Assembly (NCBI GenBank): GCA_016712595.1
Contig: JADJQT010000001.1
Location: 1,028,309-1,052,308 of the forward strand
Reading direction: 5' to 3'
From: Rhodospirillales bacterium
GTDB taxonomy: Bacteria > Pseudomonadota > Alphaproteobacteria > Rhodospirillales > Defluviicoccaceae
DNA length: 24,000 nucleotides
Part shown: positions 1 through 6,710 of the stretch, piece by piece
Layout: each line of letters opens with the position of its first letter
Numbering within the stretch: the stretch's first letter is position 1
Translations under genes and position numbers: made by a program
Notes under the pieces: model-generated
What the model saw: only the letters and a program-made list of their open reading frames with translations
What the model was told of the DNA's origin: nothing
Database searches by the model: none

Positions 1-1813
1 CCCCTGCGGCAAGCGCCCGCGTTGCCCGTTCCCGCAGGTCTTGCTGTCCGGCCAGCGAATCCTGCAACAAGTGCAGATTGCCCTGAATGACCGCTAGCAG
101 ATTGTTGAAGTCGTGAGCCAGGCCGCCGGTGAGCTGACCCACAACCTCCATCTTGTGCGCGTGACGAAGTTGCAGTTCGGCCGCCTTGCGCTCGGTCACG
201 TCGGTATGGATGGTTACGAAGCCGCCCGAAGGGACCGGGTTGCTGCGCAGTTCGATGATGCGTCCGGACGCGAGGTGTGCCTCGAAACATTGGGCGGCGA
301 GGACACGTTCCGCTAGCTGGATCGGCGCTTCCATGGGTATGCCGGCTGAGGTCCGGAACCGTATGCCGCGCTCGACGACGAGCCGGCGCATCTTTTCGGC
401 CGGCGTGCCGGGAACCAGTAGGTCCCCGGGGAGGTCATAGAGCAGAACGAACTGCCGGTTCCAGGCCAGCAACTGGCCCTCGGCGCCATGAACGCTGAAG
501 CCATCGTTCATGTTATCGAAGGTCGCGACGAGCAGATTGGACTTCTCCGCGAGCTGTTCGTCGAGTTTTTCCATGCGCCGCGCATTGTCGCGGAAGACGA
601 CGAACGCCCGCGCAAGATCACCGATTTCATCCGGGCGATCCGTCGCTGGAAAACTGGTTTCGTGCTCGCCGCGCGCGAGTTGTACCATCGCCGCCGTGAT
701 TCCCCGCATGCTGACGCCAAGATCGCGAATGACGAAGAAATAGGAAATCAGCACCGCGGTTATGATCGAAGCGACGCTGAGGCCGGCGAGCAGGATCGCG
801 TGATCGGCAATCGTCGCGTCGATTGCGTGAGCCGCCCGCCCGACGGTCACGCTGGCGGAGGCGACGAGCCTGTCCACCTCTGTCGACATCTCGTCGGCAA
901 GCCTGCGGTTGTCGGTAATGAGAGCCTCCGCCCGGGCAAGCGCCTGCAACTCGGCGCTGCGCAGCGCAAAAATGCTTCCCGTGCCGCTGACCTCGTCCAC
1001 AAGTCCGGCGACCGGCCCGCGCAAGGGCGAGCGGAGGCCATCGGGCATTTCCGGCAGCAGGGCCTGCCATTCCTCGATGCTGCGGCGGAAGCGATCGTGA
1101 ACGGCATTGAGCTCGGCGGGCGTGCGAACCTCGGTCGCAATCAGCAGGCTGTTAGCGGCAGCCTGGGTCAGGCGCTCGCCCTCGAGCAGCGGCTTTTGCG
1201 CGGTTACGGCGGCGATGAAGGTCTGCGAGGTCACGTCGCGCCTTGGCGGATGCGGCGGTTCGGTGTTCACGTCGGTGGCGACGCCGACGAGACCGCGATT
1301 GACGGCGGCGGTAATGGCAAGAATGGAGGGGCCGAGGGTCTGGCGGATATCGTCCTGAAAGGTGAAGACGCGGGCGACCTCCTGCTGCATGCGGCGAGCC
1401 AGCATCGCGCGGCTGGCAACATACTCACCGAGCGCCGACAGGTTCTCGTGCAACGACGCGGCCGACGCCGAAATCTGTTCGATCAGGGCGGTTTCCCGGC
1501 TTTCGGCAGCCTGAAGGAGCCCGACTTCGCGACGCAGCGCGTTCAGGTCGTCGGATATCCGCTGCATCTCTCGTGCCCGCTGCCCCTCATCTGCCGCCGC
1601 GATCAGTGCGGGCGCCCGACCTTGCAGGCGCTCGCCGATCTGCGCGAGCCGGAGTGCGGCCGTCGTCTCCGGCAGTTGGCGCGCCGAGACGGTCTCGAAC
1701 TTGGTGCGGATATCGGTCATTGCCAGGATCGCGACGATGCTGGCGAGCGCAACAAGAGCGGAGGCAACCGCAAGAATGAGAAACAACCGGCGCTGAATGC
1801 CGCGGATTGCCAT
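1..1813 (-). CDS. Sensor histidine kinase, N-terminal ~604 codons only (3' end lies beyond the window start): TM1, ~320-aa helical periplasmic domain, TM2, HAMP, PAS, HisKA H-box
   Basis: Absent from the ORF track because it has no in-window stop. The reverse complement from the ATG at 1813..1811 reads MAIRGIQRRLFLILAVASALVALASIVAILAMTDIRTKFETV... An AAGGGA Shine-Dalgarno lies just upstream. The track lists no minus-strand ORF in this frame for 1..1813, which fits one uninterrupted frame. Near the window start the same frame reads ...GGFVTIHTDVTERKAAELQLRHAHKMEVVGQLTGGLAHDFNNLLAVIQGNL, a PAS end followed by a classic H-box. The 471-aa plus-strand ORF 488..1903 is its antisense shadow. Confidence 0.85.
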   Translation of the reverse strand, partial: MAIRGIQRRLFLILAVASALVALASIVAILAMTDIRTKFETVSARQLPETTAALRLAQIGERLQGRAPALIAAADEGQRAREMQRISDDLNALRREVGLLQAAESRETALIEQISASAASLHENLSALGEYVASRAMLARRMQQEVARVFTFQDDIRQTLGPSILAITAAVNRGLVGVATDVNTEPPHPPRRDVTSQTFIAAVTAQKPLLEGERLTQAAANSLLIATEVRTPAELNAVHDRFRRSIEEWQALLPEMPDGLRSPLRGPVAGLVDEVSGTGSIFALRSAELQALARAEALITDNRRLADEMSTEVDRLVASASVTVGRAAHAIDATIADHAILLAGLSVASIITAVLISYFFVIRDLGVSMRGITAAMVQLARGEHETSFPATDRPDEIGDLARAFVVFRDNARRMEKLDEQLAEKSNLLVATFDNMNDGFSVHGAEGQLLAWNRQFVLLYDLPGDLLVPGTPAEKMRRLVVERGIRFRTSAGIPMEAPIQLAERVLAAQCFEAHLASGRIIELRSNPVPSGGFVTIHTDVTERKAAELQLRHAHKMEVVGQLTGGLAHDFNNLLAVIQGNLHLLQDSLAGQQDLRERATRALAAG

Positions 1814-1846
1814 GAGTCCCTTGTCTTGTTACTCAATCAGTTCTCG

Positions 1847-3325
1847 TTACTCGGCCAATTCCATCGCCCAGCGATAATGACGACGCTGGCCGTCTCGCCC
1901 TAGTCGATCGGTGATCCGTTGCCAAGCCGCTGCCGCGCTCGCCAACGCTGCTTGCGCTGGAAGAGCGCCGCTCAAGGCGCTCCCGATCGCAGCATCAAAC
2001 GCTGCGGCATAGGCGCGAAATCCCGGAATTCGCAGATCGCCCGCCGCATCCGGCGAGTCCAGACTGCTGCGAAGCACGCGAAGGTAGGCAGACGCACGGT
2101 CCGATGCACCGAACACACGACGCCAGGTGTCCGCCTGGGCGAGATGCGACCGGCGATAAGGATTGATTCCGGATGTTCCGTCGAGGACATCCTCGGCGCT
2201 ATGTTGGGGACTGCTGAACCAGGCGATGTATCGCCACGCGGCCTCGATCCGGGGACTGGCGGCCAGCACGGCCGCGATCCATCCACCGAAGGCGATGAAG
2301 GGAACGTGGCGAACCGAATCCAGGTGCTTCCATTCCTGTTTGGTCTGGTTCCACACCTCTTTACAGCCGGGCAGCATAAAAAAACCGACGCGCCCGGCGA
2401 TCTCTGACACGCGGCCATCCGCGGCCAGCACCCCTGTGTCCGTCCAGTCGATGTTCATCGCCGCCCGCCCCGCGACGAAACGGGCACGAACGTCGTAGCT
2501 GTCCAGGGTCTCGGCGTCGACGGGCGCGAACGGGCGGATCGCGACGTACTCGCTCAGCGCCCGGACCCACCCGGGGTTATCGATCATCGGCGACATCGTT
2601 TGCGGATCGAAGAACATCGCGCCGCGCCGCTGAGGAAGGTTCACATAGCACGCTGCGCGGCTGAACAGCGTCCACACCCGCTGTCCCCGTGGAGCGAACG
2701 CTTCGAGCGTTCCCGCGACCGTTCGGCCCTCGGAGTCGCTTCGCCCATGGAAATATTCGGCGATTCGTCGGTAATCCTCCCAGGTCTCTGGTGGAACGAG
2801 GGCTTGGCCGTAGCGCTCGGCAAAGGTGCGTTGATGGACTGGATCGGCAAAGAGATCCGAGCGGTAGGCGCCAATCTGCAAGTCACCGTCGACAGTGACC
2901 GCTTTCCATTGCCCTTCCCAGCGCATCATCACATCGCGATAGGCTGGCAGGATATCGCGGAAAGGTTCCGAATTGACCAGCCATTCCGGCACCGGAGCGA
3001 GGTAGGGCGCAAGATCTCCCAACCAATCCGACGGGACGATGACGACGTCGTAGGCACTGCGCCCGGTAATGCAGCCGACCATGATCTCGTCGTAGAGCCG
3101 ATCAAACGGTGCGCGCTCGACCGTAACCGGGATGCCTTCGGCCTTGGCGAAACTGCGTCCGTGCCGGATCGCCGGGCCGCCGATTGCCTCGGTATCCCGG
3201 GTAATCACGCGAAGCGCCGTCGCCCGCAGGTCGGCGGCGCAGGCGAGCCGCGGAAGGAGGAACCCGCAGGCCGCATTGAACAGCAAGGATCGCCGTCCGA
3301 TCATGGCACGCGAACGATCGGCCAT
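1847..3325 (-). CDS. Periplasmic solute-binding protein, ABC-type family 1 (sugar-type SBP), orphan (no permease or ATPase genes adjacent)
   Basis: 492-aa ORF. The N-terminus MADRSRAMIGRRSLLFNAACGFLLPRLACAADL looks like a Tat/Sec signal. Length and overall composition resemble extracellular solute-binding protein family 1, judged by recollection and not by alignment. The stop at 1847 lies 33 nt upstream of the kinase ATG at 1813, so the two are probably co-transcribed. Confidence 0.8.
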   Translation of the reverse strand: MADRSRAMIGRRSLLFNAACGFLLPRLACAADLRATALRVITRDTEAIGGPAIRHGRSFAKAEGIPVTVERAPFDRLYDEIMVGCITGRSAYDVVIVPSDWLGDLAPYLAPVPEWLVNSEPFRDILPAYRDVMMRWEGQWKAVTVDGDLQIGAYRSDLFADPVHQRTFAERYGQALVPPETWEDYRRIAEYFHGRSDSEGRTVAGTLEAFAPRGQRVWTLFSRAACYVNLPQRRGAMFFDPQTMSPMIDNPGWVRALSEYVAIRPFAPVDAETLDSYDVRARFVAGRAAMNIDWTDTGVLAADGRVSEIAGRVGFFMLPGCKEVWNQTKQEWKHLDSVRHVPFIAFGGWIAAVLAASPRIEAAWRYIAWFSSPQHSAEDVLDGTSGINPYRRSHLAQADTWRRVFGASDRASAYLRVLRSSLDSPDAAGDLRIPGFRAYAAAFDAAIGSALSGALPAQAALASAAAAWQRITDRLGRDGQRRHYRWAMELAE

Positions 3326-3410
3326 ATCTCAGGTACCCCTTCGCAGGTATTCCCTCGGCGCACGCATTCAATGACAAATACTACAGGCGAAGCGCACTGG
3401 CTGACATCAT

Positions 3411-3517
3411 CCGTTCATATGTGAACGGCAATGTCTCTGCACCTCCCAAACCCGGGCCGGAGATCGTGATCGGCCCAACCGGCGCAGGCGATTGGCAGAT
3501 CGCCTGCGCTTTTTTTT
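3411..3517 (+). ncRNA. Candidate small RNA (5' end undefined): hairpin, single-stranded CCUCCC, hairpin, intrinsic terminator
   Basis: No plus-strand CDS ends here, yet a strong plus-strand terminator sits at 3482..3517. Upstream elements are hairpin CCGTTCA-TATG-TGAACGG (3411..3428), an unpaired stretch containing CCTCCC (3442..3447, anti-Shine-Dalgarno-like) and hairpin GGGCCG-N11-CGGCCC (3454..3476). I could not identify a promoter. Confidence 0.3.
3482..3517 (+). terminator. Rho-independent terminator (orphan: not downstream of any plus-strand CDS)
   Basis: Perfect 11-bp stem GCGCAGGCGAT (3482..3492) / ATCGCCTGCGC (3499..3509), 6-nt loop TGGCAG, then T8 (3510..3517). On the minus strand the hairpin is followed by CGGTTGGGCC with no U-tract, so it is unidirectional. 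Confidence 0.75.
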
Positions 3518-3539
3518 GCAGCAAATGGCTTTTGCAGCA
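3516..3539. repeat. Direct repeat TTGCAGCA-N8-TTGCAGCA upstream of the porin gene
   Basis: TTGCAGCA occurs at 3516..3523 and again at 3532..3539 (16 bp start to start), immediately after the terminator T-run. Confidence 0.5.
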
Positions 3540-3573
3540 CGCGGCGCGTGTGCGGGCCCAGCGATGAGACGGC

Positions 3574-3606
3574 GTGGCACAGAGGTGGCACAGGGGCGGC
3601 ACAGGG
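3574..3606 (+). repeat. Three tandem 11-bp repeats (GTGGCACAGAG / GTGGCACAGGG / GCGGCACAGGG). The repeat junction resembles a sigma-54 -24/-12 element
   Basis: Read directly: 3574..3584, 3585..3595, 3596..3606. TGGCAC(3575..3580)-AGAGG-TGGCA places GG and GC at the sigma-54 spacing (consensus TGGCAC-N5-TTGC) with one mismatch in the -12 element. It lies ~145 nt upstream of the porin ATG at 3748. Confidence 0.7.
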
Positions 3607-3747
3607 AGAGCCTGATCCTGCGCCTTCATGGCCGTTTGTTTCGAATATTACCGACTTCGCCAGTGTCACTGACATCAGCGGTTCATGACCATCGGTTGAG
3701 ATGCCCCTCAATTCAACCAAGAATCCAAGTCCGATGGAGGGGACGCC

Positions 3748-5187
3748 ATGGTTGCATACGGCAAGTCAGCGATCCGGCCCGCTGGGATCGCGCTCAGCAG
3801 GGGCCGCCGTCCTCGTCGCGCCCTGAGCGATGCACTCCTTTCCCTTGCCGCGGCGGGGGTCCTGTTCTGCCTGCCGTGCTCGGGCGCATCCGCGCAGGAA
3901 GGAGAAGGCGAGATGCCGGGAACGGGTTTGCCGGAACAGGTCCCGCCGGAGCCGGGCGGATCGCCGATGAAATATGATTTCGAGCACAACATAACCGGCG
4001 ACTGGGGCGGAGCGAGGAACCGCCTTTCCGACAAAGGTGTCGACATTCGCGGCGGCTACGCGATGGAATTCCTCGCCAATCCGGTCGGCGGCCTGCGTCA
4101 GGGTGAGACCTACGTCCACAACATCCTCTTGCAGGGCGACTTCGATCTGGAAAAGTTACTCGGCGTGCCGAAGACGGTGTTCCGCGTCCTCGGATCACAG
4201 CGCTCGGGCGAAAGCCTCGCCAAGCAGGACATCGGCAGCGCCATCAGCGTTCAACAGCTTTACGGTGGCGGTGAGACCTACCGGCTGGTCGAAGCCGAAT
4301 TCCTGACCTCGCTTTTCGACGATCGTCTCAACCTCGCCTACGGCCGCCTGTCCGCAACCGACGACTTTCTGACCTCGCCGCTCTACTGTAGCTTCGTCAA
4401 CAACGGCTTCTGCGGGCAGCCGCCAGCGCCGTTCTTCAATATGTCGAACGGTATCACCGCCTATCCAACCTCCGTGTGGGGCGTCCGCGCCAAGGTAAGT
4501 CCGATCCCTGAGACGTATGTAATGGTTGGGGTCTACGACGGCGACGTTAATCAGGATGGCAAGAACCATCACGGCATCAACTTCACCTTCGGCGACAATG
4601 GCGTGCTTGTCCTCAATGAATTTGGTTATACACCGCAAAGGGGATTGTTTGATCTGCCCGGCCATTACAAGGTCGGAGCATACTATCATTCCGGTCATTT
4701 TGACGATGTCTCGAAGGACGCCAACGGGAATAACCTGTTTATTACCGGGGTCGCCGCCGAGAAATTTACCGGAACCAGCGGTTACTATACCCTTCTCGAC
4801 CAGATGGTCTACCGGGAGGCGCCGGAAGCGGACCAGGGCCTGAGCGTGTTCTTCGTCGCGGTCGCCAGCCCGGACCAAGAAGAAAGCACGATGCCGTACT
4901 TCGTCTCGGGCGGCCTGGTCTATCAGGGACTGATCGGCGCACGGCCGATGGACAGGACGGCCTTCGGCGTAACCAACGCCTGGTTCAGCGACAAGCTCAG
5001 TGATGCGCGCCACGATGCCGGCCTGGAGAAACAATCGACCGAGACCGCGCTCGAGCTGAACTATCAGGTTCAGGTTACCCCCGCCATCTACTTCCGTCCC
5101 GACCTGCAGTACATCATCAAACCAAATGGACAACGGGATATCGATAACGCCTTCGTAATCGGCTTCGAGGCTGGCGTTACATTTTAA
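3748..5187 (+). CDS. oprB: Carbohydrate-selective outer-membrane porin, OprB family
   Basis: 479-aa ORF with GGAGGGG Shine-Dalgarno 6 nt upstream. Signal peptide ...LLSLAAAGVLFCLPCSGASAQ. The OprB-family N-terminal motif ITGDWGGARNRLSDKGVDIRGGY is present. The C-terminus is beta-barrel-like and ends in Phe (GFEAGVTF). Confidence 0.9.
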   Translation: MVAYGKSAIRPAGIALSRGRRPRRALSDALLSLAAAGVLFCLPCSGASAQEGEGEMPGTGLPEQVPPEPGGSPMKYDFEHNITGDWGGARNRLSDKGVDIRGGYAMEFLANPVGGLRQGETYVHNILLQGDFDLEKLLGVPKTVFRVLGSQRSGESLAKQDIGSAISVQQLYGGGETYRLVEAEFLTSLFDDRLNLAYGRLSATDDFLTSPLYCSFVNNGFCGQPPAPFFNMSNGITAYPTSVWGVRAKVSPIPETYVMVGVYDGDVNQDGKNHHGINFTFGDNGVLVLNEFGYTPQRGLFDLPGHYKVGAYYHSGHFDDVSKDANGNNLFITGVAAEKFTGTSGYYTLLDQMVYREAPEADQGLSVFFVAVASPDQEESTMPYFVSGGLVYQGLIGARPMDRTAFGVTNAWFSDKLSDARHDAGLEKQSTETALELNYQVQVTPAIYFRPDLQYIIKPNGQRDIDNAFVIGFEAGVTF

Positions 5188-5206
5188 GGTAACTGCTGAA
5201 AATATA

Positions 5207-5225
5207 CGTATTCACAACGAATACG
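5207..5225 (+). other. AT-rich hairpin or palindrome between porin and MFS genes (CGTATTC-ACAAC-GAATACG)
   Basis: 7-bp inverted repeat followed by GTTTCTCT, a weak U-tract. It could be a partial terminator/attenuator or a protein-binding palindrome. The function is not determinable from sequence. Confidence 0.25.
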
Positions 5226-5249
5226 GTTTCTCTGGGAGGAGACCGAGTC

Positions 5250-6659
5250 ATGGCAACGACTGCATCGCAATCCGTTGTTGTTGTTCCAAATGCTGGTTAC
5301 GTCATCCTGATTGCTGCCGCGGCAGCGATGGGCGGCTTTCTGTTCGGTTTCGATACGGCGGTCATCAACGGCACCGTCCTGGCGCTCAAGCAGGAGTTCA
5401 ACGCGTCGAGCCTGGGCCTCGGCCTCGCGGTATCGCTGGCTCTTCTGGGGTCGGCGATCGGGGCATTCGTTGTCGGGCCGCTCGCCGATCGGATCGGTCG
5501 CGTCCGCTGCATGCTCATGGCATCGGCGCTGTTCGCGATCAGCGCCGTCGGCTCAGGGATGCCCATCGGCCTTGCCGACTTCATCTTCTGGCGGGTACTG
5601 GGGGGCATCGGCGTTGGTGCCGCCAGCGTCATCGCGCCGGCCTACATCGCCGAGTGTTCGCCGGCAGAGATGCGCGGCCGGCTTGGCTCGCTGCAGCAAC
5701 TGGCGATCGTCATCGGCATTTTCGCCGCCCTGCTCGGAAACTATGCCATCGGCTCGGCCGCCGGTTCGGCCTCCGCGCCCTTCTGGTTCGGCCGCGAGGC
5801 GTGGCGCTGGATGTTCTGGTCGGAAGCGCCGGCGGCGATCATGTACGGCATCTTCGCGCTGGTGATCCCTGAATCGCCACGGTACCTCGTCGCCCAGGGC
5901 CGCCACACCGAGGCGCGGGTGGTGCTGGCGCGGATGATCGGTCCGCACGCGTCGATCAAGGTCGAGGAAATCAGCCGCACGGTCTCCCGGGAACACAAGC
6001 CGCGGCTCGCCGATCTGCGCGGCAGGTGGGGACTGCTGCCGATCGTCTGGGTCGGCATGGTGTTGTCGATGTTCCAGCAGTTCGTCGGCATCAACGTCAT
6101 TTTCTATTACAGCAGCGCGCTGTGGCGGATCGTCGGCTTTACCGAGGCCGACTCGCTACTGATCACCATGATCACCAGCATCACCAACATCGCGACGACG
6201 CTGGTCGCCATCGCCTGCATTGATAAGTTCGGGCGCAAGCCGCTGCTGCTGGCGGGTTCGGTCGGTATGCTGCTGACCCTGGGGGCGATGGCCTGGGTGT
6301 TCGGCACCGCGTCGGTCGATGCCAATGGCTTTCCCGTCCTGAGCTCGAACGCCGGTCTCGTCGCCCTGCTCGCCGCCAATGTCTACGTCTTCTGTTTCGG
6401 CTTTTCCTGGGGACCGGTGACCTGGGTGCTTCTCGGCGAGATGTTCAACAACCGGATCAGGGCATCCGCGCTGGCGCTGGGCGCCGGGGTGCAGTGGATC
6501 GCCAACTTTGCCGTCTCCACCACCTTCCCGCCGATCGCCTTCAATCTCGGACTCGGCATCGCCTATGGCCTTTACGCCGGTTTCGCCGCGGTCTCGTTCT
6601 TCTTCGTCCTCGCTTTCATTCGCGAGACCAAAGGCAAGGAACTCGAAGACATGCAATAG
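5250..6659 (+). CDS. MFS sugar porter family transporter (sugar:H+ symporter/facilitator, Glf/GalP/XylE-like)
   Basis: 469-aa ORF with GGGAGGAG Shine-Dalgarno upstream. Sugar-porter signatures are present: GGFLFGFDTAVINGT, PLADRIGRVR, PESPRYL and the C-terminal RETKGKELEDM (PETKG-type motif). About 12 hydrophobic segments. Confidence 0.92.
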   Translation: MATTASQSVVVVPNAGYVILIAAAAAMGGFLFGFDTAVINGTVLALKQEFNASSLGLGLAVSLALLGSAIGAFVVGPLADRIGRVRCMLMASALFAISAVGSGMPIGLADFIFWRVLGGIGVGAASVIAPAYIAECSPAEMRGRLGSLQQLAIVIGIFAALLGNYAIGSAAGSASAPFWFGREAWRWMFWSEAPAAIMYGIFALVIPESPRYLVAQGRHTEARVVLARMIGPHASIKVEEISRTVSREHKPRLADLRGRWGLLPIVWVGMVLSMFQQFVGINVIFYYSSALWRIVGFTEADSLLITMITSITNIATTLVAIACIDKFGRKPLLLAGSVGMLLTLGAMAWVFGTASVDANGFPVLSSNAGLVALLAANVYVFCFGFSWGPVTWVLLGEMFNNRIRASALALGAGVQWIANFAVSTTFPPIAFNLGLGIAYGLYAGFAAVSFFFVLAFIRETKGKELEDMQ

Positions 6660-6710
6660 CCGGCGTGTTTCAGCAGCGGCGACATCATGAACTCTGGGAG
6701 GAAACAAAAC

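Noticed and set aside
488-1903. 471-aa plus-strand ORF, the longest track ORF in this region
   Set aside because: It is the antisense shadow of the histidine kinase. The translation is Arg/Gly/Ala-rich with no recognisable domain. The opposite strand gives a coherent TM-HAMP-PAS-H-box protein starting at 1813.
4195-5133. 312-aa minus-strand ORF inside the porin gene
   Set aside because: It is the antisense shadow of oprB. It has no signal peptide or domain signature, whereas the plus strand has clear OprB motifs.
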